Assembly: GCA_964521645.1 (NCBI GenBank)
Contig: CAZFSB010000001.1
Location: 17,712 to 69,294 of the forward strand
DNA: 51,583 nucleotides
From: an uncultured Candidatus Saccharibacteria bacterium
GTDB taxonomy: Bacteria; Patescibacteriota; Minisyncoccia; Phycocordibacterales; UBA918
Reading direction: 5' to 3'
A model generated the notes under the pieces. The model saw only the letters and a program-made list of their open reading frames with translations. It was not told the DNA's origin and did no database searches. Made by a program: the position numbers and the translations under genes. Positions 41,986-51,360 of the stretch are shown one piece after another; position 1 is the first letter of the stretch, and each line of letters opens with the position of its first letter.

Positions 41986-42732
41986 ATGAAACAACACTTT
42001 CTCATCGCCGCACTCATCACTACCTTTTCTTTCCCGCTTTTTTCTTTTGCAGCGACCTATACACCCTTGGTCGGGATTCCTGGGGTTGATCCAGCCGCTG
42101 ATTTCAATACCTATATCAACAGCCTCTACGCACTTTCGATCAGTATCGCCGCTCTCCTGGCCGTCATTAAGATCATCATTGCTGGCGTAAAGTGGATGAT
42201 GACCGACGTAGTCACCACAAAAGGGGAGGCAAAGAAAGATATTCAAGGAGCCCTCATTGGTCTCATTATCGTCATTGCGGCGGTACTTATTTTGAACCAG
42301 ATCAATGAAGACATAACAAATGTTAACCTTAAATTTGAATCTCCAGTTTCCCCAACCGCTTCTCCAGTTGTAACAACTGCACCTCCCCCCCTACCAGCAG
42401 GATACGTGCTGACTCTAACACCAACAGCAAAACTGACCTACTGGACACAAGCTCATAATCTGACCTCAGAACAAGTACAAACAATTATTAATAATTGTAA
42501 TAAAACACCAAACTCACGAGCTGAATTACCTACTGATTCTAGCGGCACTACTTATCCAAGGTGTCTTACTTTTAGTAGCACGGAATACTCAAAAATGTAT
42601 AGGAATTGCCTACCAGGCGATTGTAGTACACCAACCCAGAACGTTTTAGACAATTGTGAAAAAGTCCTAAAGGGAAGCTATAAGGTAGATCTTGTTTTAA
42701 CAAGTTACGGATACTGTACATACCCTGATTAA
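41986..42732 (+). CDS. VirB2/TrbC-like T4SS pilin with a Cys-rich C-terminal extension
   Basis: Signal peptide, then two hydrophobic helices separated by a short charged loop (LYALSISIAALLAVIKIIIAGVKWMM...KDIQGALIGLIIVIAAVLILNQI). A ~130-aa tail carries 7 Cys. Confidence 0.6.
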   Translation: MKQHFLIAALITTFSFPLFSFAATYTPLVGIPGVDPAADFNTYINSLYALSISIAALLAVIKIIIAGVKWMMTDVVTTKGEAKKDIQGALIGLIIVIAAVLILNQINEDITNVNLKFESPVSPTASPVVTTAPPPLPAGYVLTLTPTAKLTYWTQAHNLTSEQVQTIINNCNKTPNSRAELPTDSSGTTYPRCLTFSSTEYSKMYRNCLPGDCSTPTQNVLDNCEKVLKGSYKVDLVLTSYGYCTYPD

Positions 42733-42737
42733 GTAAC

Positions 42738-42772
42738 AAAAATAATACCAGCATCAGGCTGGTATTATTTTT
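42738..42772. terminator. bidirectional terminator between the pilin gene and yidC
   Basis: AAAAATAATACCAGC-ATCA-GGCTGGTATTATTTTT. Confidence 0.8.
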
Positions 42773-43501
42773 CTACCGATGCTTTCTAATGAAATATTCC
42801 TGGGCGATAGTGACCACGTTGCTCACAAAGAAGTAGAGAGCGATCGCGGCTGAGATGGAGTACGCCACAATCGTAATAAGGACCGGCATCACGTACTTCA
42901 TTTGGGTATGCATATTGCGCATGAAATCCTCTTTGAGATTTGGCGCGGCCCCTTCTGCCTTTGGTGGGGGAGCGGGCATGGTGAGGGTGACATGAATATA
43001 CTGCGTGATTCCCGCTCCGAGCGCGAGCAGCAGGCTCTTTTCCGTGATATTGATCAGCCCAAGGAAATCCATCGTCACTTGGGTTGGCGCGGCAATGAAC
43101 GCATAAAGGAGGGAGAGATTGATATCGGGAAGAGCCACCCCACCGCCGCTGTATACTGAGAAATACAAAGCGATGATGATCGGTATCTGCAAGAATATCA
43201 AGGCAATGCTCGCGAGTGGGTTTATCCCCGCATCGCGATAGATCGCCATCATCGCCTGCGCTTGCTGCTGTCGGTCGTCTTTATATTTCTCTTTAATTTC
43301 TTTGAGTTTTGGTTCGATCTCGCGGATCACTTTTTGAGTCTTAACCGCCTTAATAGAGAGCGGAAGTAAAATGGTCTTCACGAGGAGGACGGTCGCAATG
43401 ATGGCTAAACCAACGTCTCCACCGGGGATGATATCAATAAAAAAGACCAGTGCGTTGTAGACTGGGTCGAAAAAAAACGTGTGCCAAATATAACTGAACA
43501 T
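42773..43501 (-). CDS. yidC: membrane protein insertase YidC (short, Oxa1-type)
   Basis: 242 aa and 5 TM. Conserved rnpA-yidC synteny. The LLVKTILLPLSIKAVKTQ and MKYVMPVLI regions are typical. Confidence 0.88.
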   Translation of the reverse strand: MFSYIWHTFFFDPVYNALVFFIDIIPGGDVGLAIIATVLLVKTILLPLSIKAVKTQKVIREIEPKLKEIKEKYKDDRQQQAQAMMAIYRDAGINPLASIALIFLQIPIIIALYFSVYSGGGVALPDINLSLLYAFIAAPTQVTMDFLGLINITEKSLLLALGAGITQYIHVTLTMPAPPPKAEGAAPNLKEDFMRNMHTQMKYVMPVLITIVAYSISAAIALYFFVSNVVTIAQEYFIRKHR

Positions 43502-43513
43502 AATGGACCTATT

Positions 43514-43849
43514 CTACGCACTTTTCATCACTTGGGCAATTGCGTTGACTACTTCCTGCTCCGCGGTCTTGCGGGGGAGAGTAGCGAAGGATGGTTTTAC
43601 GAGGACGATAAAAACACCAGCTGACTGTTGCTCTAACACCTTCCGTAGACTAGCGGAGACCCGGCGTTTGAGCGTGTTTCTACGCACCGCACTTTTAGCC
43701 ACCTTCTTGCCCACCACCACCGCTACTTTCAGGTTGGGGTTGGGGTAGGGGAACGTGATAACAGTGAGGTGTTTGGTGTGCCGGCGCGCACCCACACCAA
43801 AAAAATGGGTGAATTCAGACTTGGATAAACGTTCGCTCTTTTTAAACAT
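43514..43849 (-). CDS. rnpA: ribonuclease P protein component
   Basis: 111 aa, basic. MFKKSERLSKSEF start. Conserved rpmH-rnpA-yidC order. Confidence 0.85.
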   Translation of the reverse strand: MFKKSERLSKSEFTHFFGVGARRHTKHLTVITFPYPNPNLKVAVVVGKKVAKSAVRRNTLKRRVSASLRKVLEQQSAGVFIVLVKPSFATLPRKTAEQEVVNAIAQVMKSA

Positions 43850-43983
43850 ATCGTCCGTTCATAGTAGCCTAGAGTGCAGATTTTGTTAAACTCACCGCCG
43901 ATACATAGCGCTAAGGAGGCGCTATGTACTGGCGTAAATTCGCAATAGTCGCTTCGCTCGTTTGCTCATTTAAAAAAAGCTCA

Positions 43984-44133
43984 TTACTGAGCTTTTTTCA
44001 CCGTGAGCTGGGCTCGACCCTTTCGTCGGCGGGCGAGGAGGACCTTTCGTCCGGTCGGACTCTCGGCACGCACCAAAAAGCCGTGGGTGGTGGCTCGCTT
44101 GCGCTTACTTGGTTGATAGGTTCGTTTTGACAT
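43984..44133 (-). CDS. rpmH: 50S ribosomal protein L34
   Basis: Manual minus-strand translation: [49 protein letters not shown] (49 aa). Below the ORF-track cutoff. Confidence 0.93.
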   Translation of the reverse strand: MSKRTYQPSKRKRATTHGFLVRAESPTGRKVLLARRRKGRAQLTVKKAQ

Positions 44134-44280
44134 ACCTGTAGAATTAGTACCTGGGAACTATACAGGAATATATAAATAATTCAATAGGGTAGGTCACTTT
44201 TATAGTTATTAACAGTTTATACACAGTTGCATTTTTGGTTTCAAAAAATCGGCTGGAAAAATCGATTTTGGGTGATTTCA

Positions 44281-44308
44281 TTTACAGTTTCCGCCACAGC
44301 GGTATAAT
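44281..44308 (+). promoter_or_regulatory. candidate dnaA promoter
   Basis: TTTACA (44281-44286), 16-nt spacer, TATAAT (44303-44308), 29 nt upstream of the dnaA ATG. Confidence 0.45.
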
Positions 44309-44337
44309 GCAAATCACCGTACGATCTTCGTTTGATT

Positions 44338-45720
44338 ATGAACTCACTCTCACACTCAGCCACCAACAGCATTGTCCACACCGAACAGGTAGACGTAAAG
44401 CAACTCTGGGATGACGCACTGGTGAAGATCGAGCTCTCTATCACCACCGCAAATTTCAAAACTTGGTTCCGCGACACCTACATCATCGCGCTTGAAGATG
44501 GGACCGCTACTATCGGTGTACCGAGTGTCTTTGTGAAAGATTGGTTGCAAGACAAGTTTCACACCATGATCCTAAAGACCCTCCGCGATCTCACCCCCTA
44601 CGTACGGAGTGTTGAGTACACCGTGGCGCAGCGTAGTGACCGAAAGCAAGAGGCGACGAAGAACCAAATGGTGAACGCTGCGCTCCCCCTCGAAGACTAC
44701 TACATCAACAAGAGCGACAATCTCAACCCGAAATATTCATTCGAAACTTTTGTGGTCGGCCCCTACAACGCGCTTGCCCACGCCGCAGCCCGTACCGTCA
44801 GCGAGAAGCCTGGCATCACCTACAATCCACTCTTCATCTACGGCAAGACTGGTCATGGTAAGACCCACCTCATTCAAGCAGTGGGGAACCAAATAAAAAA
44901 GACGGGAAAGAAGGTTTTTTATGTCACCAGTGAGCGCTTCGCGGTCGATTACTTCAACGCGCTCCAAAGTGGTAGCGCGAATAGTTTCAAAGACCGCTAC
45001 CGACAGTACGATGTGTTGATCATGGACGATGTGCAATTCTTGGCCACTAAGGAGAAGACTCAGGAAGAGCTATTTCATCTCTTCAACGCCCTGCACGACA
45101 ACAACAAGCAGATCGTCTTCTCGAGCGACCAGCACCCAGCACTCCTCAATGGCATGGAGGAACGTCTCCAGTCACGCTTTGCCCAGGGAATGATCGTCGA
45201 CCTACCTGCTCCTGACCTAGAGTCTCGAGCAGCTATCCTTCGCGCTAAGGCGGCACAAAATAGCATCATGCTCAATGATGATGTGGTTGAGCACCTAGCC
45301 CAGACCATTGAGGGTAACGTACGTGAACTTGAGGGAGCTCTCAACACCATCATGTGTCAGTCCCAGCTACTTGGCCGCTCACTCATGATCGATGAGGTAC
45401 GCGCCATCATCAAGAACAGCTCTCGACCACGCAAGACTCTCGCTATTACTGATGTGGTAGAAAAAGTGGCGCGCTACTACGACATCGATCAGGCAAGTAT
45501 CTACGAAAAGACTCGTCGCAAAGAAGTAGTGAAGCCCCGCCAGATCATCATGTACATCCTTCGTGAAGATTTCCAAGTCTCCTATCCAGCCATTGGGAAA
45601 AAGTTAGGGGGGCGCGACCACACCACCGTCATCCACTCCTGTGAAAAGATCAAAGAGGAGTTGAAAAGAGATACCGAACTAGAAGAAGAGATCACCCAAG
45701 TACGTTTACTGCTGAAGTAG
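44338..45720 (+). CDS. dnaA: chromosomal replication initiator protein DnaA
   Basis: ORF 44332 (TTG) trimmed to ATG 44338. Walker A GKTGHGKTHL, Walker B LIMDDVQF, and domain IV GGRDHTTVIHSCEKI. Confidence 0.96.
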   Translation: MNSLSHSATNSIVHTEQVDVKQLWDDALVKIELSITTANFKTWFRDTYIIALEDGTATIGVPSVFVKDWLQDKFHTMILKTLRDLTPYVRSVEYTVAQRSDRKQEATKNQMVNAALPLEDYYINKSDNLNPKYSFETFVVGPYNALAHAAARTVSEKPGITYNPLFIYGKTGHGKTHLIQAVGNQIKKTGKKVFYVTSERFAVDYFNALQSGSANSFKDRYRQYDVLIMDDVQFLATKEKTQEELFHLFNALHDNNKQIVFSSDQHPALLNGMEERLQSRFAQGMIVDLPAPDLESRAAILRAKAAQNSIMLNDDVVEHLAQTIEGNVRELEGALNTIMCQSQLLGRSLMIDEVRAIIKNSSRPRKTLAITDVVEKVARYYDIDQASIYEKTRRKEVVKPRQIIMYILREDFQVSYPAIGKKLGGRDHTTVIHSCEKIKEELKRDTELEEEITQVRLLLK

Positions 45721-45739
45721 GGAGTATCTGTATACTTAT

Positions 45740-45770
45740 CAAAAAAGCGCTTATTTTAAGCGCTTTTTTG
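45740..45770 (+). terminator. rho-independent terminator of dnaA
   Basis: CAAAAAAGCGCTTA-TTT-TAAGCGCTTTTTTG. Confidence 0.8.
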
Positions 45771-45783
45771 ATCACTTGTTAAT

Positions 45784-45887
45784 TGTTGATAACAATTTGG
45801 ATAACTGAGGATAACACCCAAGGTACCCTGTGAGTTCTCTCAATGGAGACTGTAGATGGGTCTGTATAAAGAGAGAACTTATCCTCA
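45784..45887. promoter_or_regulatory. cluster of DnaA-box-like 9-mers (candidate oriC core) in the dnaA-dnaN spacer
   Basis: TGTTGATAA (45784-45792), TTTGGATAA (45796-45804) and TGAGGATAA (45806-45814) each have 1 mismatch to TGTGGATAA. TTATCCTCA (45879-45887) has 1 mismatch to TTATCCACA. Confidence 0.55.
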
Positions 45888-46070
45888 GTTGTGTGCAATT
45901 TCCAAGAGGCTGACGCGTTACTCACAGTACTATCCCCGCTCACCCCCACTGAGTACACACCCCCACCAGGATAGCGATAGGCACTCACAGTAAGCAGTAC
46001 GCCATATTTTCTACTTTTGCACACTTCCACACCCCTAATAGTAAGCAGTAAAATAGGCTACAATAAAGAT

Positions 46071-47165
46071 ATGGAGATAACTATTCCACATAGAGAACTT
46101 ATTCGAGCGCTAGAGTTGGTGAGTCGCATTAGTACCAAACACATTACGTTACCGATCCTGCAGTGTGTTCGTCTGGAGGCAAAGGGTGAGACTGTGACAC
46201 TGCAGGCTACCAACCTCGAGATCAGTATGGAAATACCTATTCCCGGGACAGTGGCAGAGGAGGGGGTGGTGGCAGTTCCGGCACAGATATTTTTACAGAG
46301 CGTACAGTTCATTACCGAGAGGGAGGTTACCTTGCGGACAGAGGATCAAGTCTTACAGCTTGAATCAGCGCGGACTAACACATCGATCAAGACCTTTTCT
46401 GTTGATGAATTCCCGGTGCTGAACCAACTTCACGGCGAGGAATCAAAACTGCAGGGAGCTGGTTTTTCTTTTGGTATCAAGAGCGTGGCGTTTGCGGCCT
46501 CACAGACATCTATTAAACCAGAGCTTGGTAGCGTTTTCATTCAGCAAAAGAAAGAGCATTCACTTACTTTTGTAGCAACGGACTCTTTTCGACTGATGGA
46601 AAAGACCGTGTCGCAGAAAGGTCTCGTGTTTGAACAGTCAATCATGATCCCACAAAAGAATGCGGTGGAACTAGCGCGGGTCTGTGATGTGGTGGGGGAG
46701 GATCCAGTGTTCATCACCAACGACAACCAATGCGCACTACGCTTCCCTAGTGGGGTGTATATCTCCTCTCGGCTCGTGACCGGTAGTTTCCCTGATTATG
46801 TGCAGATCATTCCAAAGGAGTTTGTTACGCATGTGACCGTTCTTAAGGACGACCTGGCCCGTTCCTTTAAGAAGACTAATATCTTTTTAAATAAATTCCG
46901 CCAAGTCTCACTCTTGGTGACTGAGCAAGACCTGACTATCTCTTCTCATAATAATGACGTTGGTCACACAACCGATACTGTGCGCGCAAAAGTAGAGGGG
47001 GAGGAACTGTCACTCAGTTTCAATCAACAGTACATCATGGACCCTCTCATGCACATCAATGATGATTCAGTGAAGATGAGTTTTGCAGGCATTGGCCGCG
47101 CTATGATCATGCAAGGGGTGAGTGATACTAGTCTCCGGTACCTAGTGATGCCAATGAACAAATAA
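46071..47165 (+). CDS. dnaN: DNA polymerase III subunit beta (sliding clamp)
   Basis: ORF 46017 trimmed to ATG 46071 (MEITIPHRELIRALELVSRI...). 364 aa, three-domain clamp pattern, dnaA-dnaN synteny. Confidence 0.92.
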   Translation: MEITIPHRELIRALELVSRISTKHITLPILQCVRLEAKGETVTLQATNLEISMEIPIPGTVAEEGVVAVPAQIFLQSVQFITEREVTLRTEDQVLQLESARTNTSIKTFSVDEFPVLNQLHGEESKLQGAGFSFGIKSVAFAASQTSIKPELGSVFIQQKKEHSLTFVATDSFRLMEKTVSQKGLVFEQSIMIPQKNAVELARVCDVVGEDPVFITNDNQCALRFPSGVYISSRLVTGSFPDYVQIIPKEFVTHVTVLKDDLARSFKKTNIFLNKFRQVSLLVTEQDLTISSHNNDVGHTTDTVRAKVEGEELSLSFNQQYIMDPLMHINDDSVKMSFAGIGRAMIMQGVSDTSLRYLVMPMNK

Positions 47166-47171
47166 CCGCTC

Positions 47172-47468
47172 ATGCAAGACTACAAAGCACCATTAGCGAT
47201 GAAGCAGCTGGGTGACCTGTTTGAGAAGTATAAGAACCGGTTCAAGCCACCACAGAGCACAGTGGAGAAGGCTTGTGTGGAGGTTATTAAAGAGGTGACC
47301 GGGTTTGAGATAGTCCCTGCGCAAGTTGTCTATACCGTGAGTACTAAAACAGTATCGATCCAAGTTCCGAGTTTGCTAAAGACCGAGTTGCGCCTGCAGC
47401 AAGAAAAGATATTAAAAGGATTAGAAGCACGATTAGGAAAAGGCGAGGCCCCAATACATCTCCGTTAA
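47172..47468 (+). CDS. DUF721/DciA-like small protein
   Basis: 98 aa directly after dnaN. The pattern VIKEVTG...VVYTVSTKTVSIQVPSLLKTELRLQQEKILKGLEARLG resembles DUF721. The family call is tentative. Confidence 0.6.
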   Translation: MQDYKAPLAMKQLGDLFEKYKNRFKPPQSTVEKACVEVIKEVTGFEIVPAQVVYTVSTKTVSIQVPSLLKTELRLQQEKILKGLEARLGKGEAPIHLR

Positions 47469-47481
47469 AGAGGAAGCATCG

Positions 47482-49725
47482 CTACTCCTCGTCTTCTGCG
47501 GGACTAGTTGTCTCCTCTACTGGTGTCGCTGTCTCGAGGAGAGCGCCAAAAGTTTCTTCCTTCCACTGCTGCACCCCGTACTCCCAGTTATCGTACTGTG
47601 GGTCATTGCGAGGATTAGCCGGGTAGCCACCTAGAGGGTCGTCCTTGTCGACGAAGTGGAGGATGGAATGGATATTGTTGTAGATGGTGTTCAGGTCCAT
47701 GGCCGGCGTTTCACCACCTCCATCACCTTCTGGAGAAGTGGGATTCTGGGCTAGTTGTATTATGAGTGAAGCATCAACATAATCACCACGAATGATCGGC
47801 TTTACTCCAGCCGTGTTGATCTGGGGTTGTGGGAAGGTCTCAGTTGGTAATTTTTCCAAAGCGACATCAATGAACTCGCGCCAGAGTGGGGTAGTGATGA
47901 GACCAGAGAGTCCTTTCATGGGGGCGTTGTCATTATTGCCACACCAAGCCCCTACCGCGATATTTGGCGCATAGCCCATGATCCAAGCATCACGGAAGTT
48001 GTTGGTGCTACCAGATTTTGCAGCGACGTCTCGGTTGGGGAAATTGATCTGAGAATTCGAACCCCAAAGTGGGGTGCGAGCGACGTTGTCAGAGAGAACA
48101 TCGCTCACCATTGCCGCAACATTCTCTTCCACTACTCGAGTGGTGCGAACGGCTGGCTCATCAATGATGTTGCCACGATTATCCTCAATACGGAGGATCG
48201 AACGCGGTTCGGCTTTTACACCATTATTAGCGAAGACACCGTACGCGTAGGTCATATCAAGGAGACGTACCTCACCACCACCCAGTACAAGGGTAAGTCC
48301 ATAGCGGTCAGGGTCGGTGAAGGTGGAGATGCCCATATCGGTAGCAAACTTGAGCGTGTCTTTTATACCAGCTAAGTAGAGGGTCTTCACCGCGGGAATA
48401 TTCAAAGATTGCGCCAGAGCGTTGCGCATACTGATCGGCCCGACAAACTTATTGTTGTGGTTGTTGGGTGCGTAGCAGGGAGATTCTGAGCTACGACTCC
48501 AAGGGTCACACTGTGGGGAGAATTGGGTGGCGACATCAAAGAGTATGGTGTTGGGGAGGTAGCCTTTTCGAAACGCGTTGGCATACACAAATGGTTTGAT
48601 CGCTGAGCCAGGCTGGCGGTAGGCGAGGGCGATGTTGAAATTTCCCTCAACTTCTTCACTAAAGTAATCACGTGAGCCGACCATGACCAAAAGGTCACCA
48701 GTCTTCGGGTCGGTAGCGACGAGGCCGGCATTGGAGGCGTTGAATCGTTCAGTGTTAGTAGGAACCTTTTCTGCCACGATCCGCTCTGCCTCCTTCTGAA
48801 GCTCCCAATCGAGAGAGGTTATGATACGAAGCCCTTGTGAGGCGAGCATGTCCTCATCAAAGCGACGAGCGAGCTGGTCGATGATGTACATGACGAAGTG
48901 GGGCGCACGAATGCCGGTGACTGCCTGGGGTTGGAATTCGACGGTTGTATTCTTTGCTTCCTCATACTCATCAACGGTAATGAAGCCGTTGGAGCGCATG
49001 CGGTCAAGAACCAGCTGCTGTCGCTTGTCGAGTTCAGCTCGGTTGTTACCGTAAGGAGAAAAATAGGTTGGTGCCTGAGGAATGGCTGCGAGGTAGGCCG
49101 CTTCCGGGAGTGTCAGGTCGCTCGCTTTTTTTCCAAAGAAGGACTGTGAAGCTTCCTCTACACCGTAAATAGTGCCACCATATGGGGCTTCATTGAGATA
49201 CACTTCAAGGATCTCATCCTTCTCTAGTATCTGCTCGAGCTTGATGGAGAGAATAGCTTCCTTGACCTTACGGCTCAGCTTCTTGTCGCGATCGAGCAAG
49301 GCGTTCTTGATGACCTGCTGGGTGATGGTGGATCCTCCTTGGCCACCGAGAAGGTCGCCTTCAGTGAAGTTTGCAATCGCAGCGCGAGCGATCGCTTTAA
49401 AGTCGATGCCGATATGGTTATAGAATTGGTCATCCTCGATCGCAACGGTAGCATTTTTGACATGACGTGACATGTCTGAGAAGGGGATGATCGTGCGCCG
49501 GACGTCTTGGTGAAGGTCGTAGAGTAATATCTCACCAGTACGGTCGTAGATCTTGGTTGATTGGAGAACACGCCGCTCTTCAAAAGCAGATAGGTCTGGT
49601 ATCTCTAGAGTAGATACCCAGATCAAAATGGTGGCTGAGACGATAATAAAAGCCGCCAATCCAAAGACAAAAATGTCTATGATCACTTCTTTCCAGTTCT
49701 TTCGTAGCCAGGCGAAAATTTTCAT
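47482..49725 (-). CDS. class A penicillin-binding protein (glycosyltransferase GT51 + transpeptidase)
   Basis: N-terminal TM. GT51 motifs EDDQFYNHIGID and GGSTITQQ. Transpeptidase motifs SAIK (SxxK) and KSGST (KTG-type). Confidence 0.92.
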   Translation of the reverse strand: MKIFAWLRKNWKEVIIDIFVFGLAAFIIVSATILIWVSTLEIPDLSAFEERRVLQSTKIYDRTGEILLYDLHQDVRRTIIPFSDMSRHVKNATVAIEDDQFYNHIGIDFKAIARAAIANFTEGDLLGGQGGSTITQQVIKNALLDRDKKLSRKVKEAILSIKLEQILEKDEILEVYLNEAPYGGTIYGVEEASQSFFGKKASDLTLPEAAYLAAIPQAPTYFSPYGNNRAELDKRQQLVLDRMRSNGFITVDEYEEAKNTTVEFQPQAVTGIRAPHFVMYIIDQLARRFDEDMLASQGLRIITSLDWELQKEAERIVAEKVPTNTERFNASNAGLVATDPKTGDLLVMVGSRDYFSEEVEGNFNIALAYRQPGSAIKPFVYANAFRKGYLPNTILFDVATQFSPQCDPWSRSSESPCYAPNNHNNKFVGPISMRNALAQSLNIPAVKTLYLAGIKDTLKFATDMGISTFTDPDRYGLTLVLGGGEVRLLDMTYAYGVFANNGVKAEPRSILRIEDNRGNIIDEPAVRTTRVVEENVAAMVSDVLSDNVARTPLWGSNSQINFPNRDVAAKSGSTNNFRDAWIMGYAPNIAVGAWCGNNDNAPMKGLSGLITTPLWREFIDVALEKLPTETFPQPQINTAGVKPIIRGDYVDASLIIQLAQNPTSPEGDGGGETPAMDLNTIYNNIHSILHFVDKDDPLGGYPANPRNDPQYDNWEYGVQQWKEETFGALLETATPVEETTSPAEDEE

Positions 49726-49802
49726 ATCCTATGTTATATAGCCAATACTAGCACGAGTTGTCTAGACAACTTAGTACGATTGTGTGATAGAGTTGTTTCA
49801 AT

Positions 49803-51047
49803 ATGAGTCTAGCACAAGAACTTCAAGCCCGAGGTTTTATTCACCAAATATCCGGACCCTCCCTGGAGGCAATTATCGATGGGGAACCGCGTACTATCTA
49901 CCACGGCATCGACCCGACCGCTGATTCAGCTCATGCGGGAAATTTCGTGGTTTGGATGGTGCTGCGACACCTCGCACATGCCGGCCATAAGATCGTGTTC
50001 TTGGTCGGGGGTGGCACGGGTATGATCGGGGACCCAAAACCGGACGCGGAGCGCCAGCTAAAAGACACGGCTTTGGTAGCGGAAAATGTGGCAAAGATCA
50101 AAAAACAAGCAGAACAGTTTTTTGCCAGTTACGACATAGAGTTTGTAAATAACTTGGAATGGTTGGGAGAGCTGAAGCTCATCGATTTCTTACGGGATGT
50201 CGGCAAGCACTACACCATCAATGAGCTCATCAAAAAAGATGCTATTGCCACCCGACTCGCGAGCGACACTGGCCTTTCGTATACCGAATTCGCCTACCCT
50301 TTGCTGCAGGGGTACGACTACCTACAGCTGTTTGAGACCAAGGGTTGTACGGTACAGGTCGGCGGCTCTGACCAGTGGGGAAACATCGTTTCCGGAGTAG
50401 AGCTGATTCGTCGCAAGAAGCAAGCTGAGGTGTATGCCATCACCGTGCCACTCATTATCGATAAAGCTACCGGCAAGAAGTTTGGTAAGAGTGAGGGGAA
50501 TGCGGTGTGGCTTGATCCAGAAAAGACCTCACCCTACCAGTTCTACCAATTCTGGCTCAATGTCGACGACGAGAGCGTGTTGGAACACCTGCGACGATTC
50601 ACGTTCTTGCCCTTGGAGCAGATCGAAGAAGTAAAGCGAGATTTCGAAATGAACCCCGGCACTCGAGCGGCTCAGAAGACCCTCGCGTTTGCGGTGACAG
50701 AACTCGTGCATGGTACAGAAGCCGCTGCCGCGGCACAAAAAGTTTCCCAGATGTTGTTTGGTGAGGGTTCACTGAAGGACTTGTCTGAACTAGAGCGAGA
50801 AGTACTGCTGCAAAACGCACCAGTGAATGAGGTTGCATCAGGAACGGCTGTGGTAGATGTCTTGGTGGAAACCGGCCTAGCTTCCAGTAAACGGGAAGCG
50901 AGAACTTTCCTTGAGAGTGGTGCGGTTACGGTGGGTGGTGAGAAGATAGAAGGAGTTGATTCAGTACTGACCAGAGCACAAGCCGAAGGTGGCTTGGTTC
51001 TACTCAAACGAGGAAAGCGGCAGGTGTGTGTTGTAAAGATCCAGTAA
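49803..51047 (+). CDS. tyrS: tyrosine--tRNA ligase
   Basis: HIGH-type HAGN, KMSKS-type KFGKS, GGSDQWGN, and a C-terminal S4 domain. Confidence 0.95.
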   Translation: MSLAQELQARGFIHQISGPSLEAIIDGEPRTIYHGIDPTADSAHAGNFVVWMVLRHLAHAGHKIVFLVGGGTGMIGDPKPDAERQLKDTALVAENVAKIKKQAEQFFASYDIEFVNNLEWLGELKLIDFLRDVGKHYTINELIKKDAIATRLASDTGLSYTEFAYPLLQGYDYLQLFETKGCTVQVGGSDQWGNIVSGVELIRRKKQAEVYAITVPLIIDKATGKKFGKSEGNAVWLDPEKTSPYQFYQFWLNVDDESVLEHLRRFTFLPLEQIEEVKRDFEMNPGTRAAQKTLAFAVTELVHGTEAAAAAQKVSQMLFGEGSLKDLSELEREVLLQNAPVNEVASGTAVVDVLVETGLASSKREARTFLESGAVTVGGEKIEGVDSVLTRAQAEGGLVLLKRGKRQVCVVKIQ

Positions 51048-51051
51048 AAAG

Positions 51052-51077
51052 AAAAGAGCGCCCTTGGGCGCTCTTTT
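51052..51077. terminator. bidirectional terminator
   Basis: AAAAGAGCGCCC-TT-GGGCGCTCTTTT between convergent genes. Confidence 0.8.
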
Positions 51078-51081
51078 CTTT

Positions 51082-51360
51082 TTACATCTCGTCGATATCA
51101 TCAAAGGTGTCGAAGTCTACATCCTCAGCGTCATCCTCAAGTTCTTCGTCTGCGCTAGTTTCCTCTTCCTCGTCATCTTCCTCTTCCTCGTCACTTTCCT
51201 CAGCTGTTTCGCTGATGTGGCCGAACCCAGCTAGCTCATCCTCCCCAAGGTCTTCCTCGGTCTCACTGACTTCAGCCAAGAGGTCATCATCTAATGAAGC
51301 GTCCTCGTCCTCTTCTGGAATTTCCACCTCCTCTTCCTCATCATTTCGAAAGTTGATCAT
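51082..51360 (-). CDS. hypothetical extremely acidic small protein (92 aa)
   Basis: By my count 50 of 92 residues are Asp or Glu. Bounded by a terminator. The overlapping + strand Ser-rich ORF is its antisense shadow. Confidence 0.55.
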   Translation of the reverse strand: MINFRNDEEEEVEIPEEDEDASLDDDLLAEVSETEEDLGEDELAGFGHISETAEESDEEEEDDEEEETSADEELEDDAEDVDFDTFDDIDEM

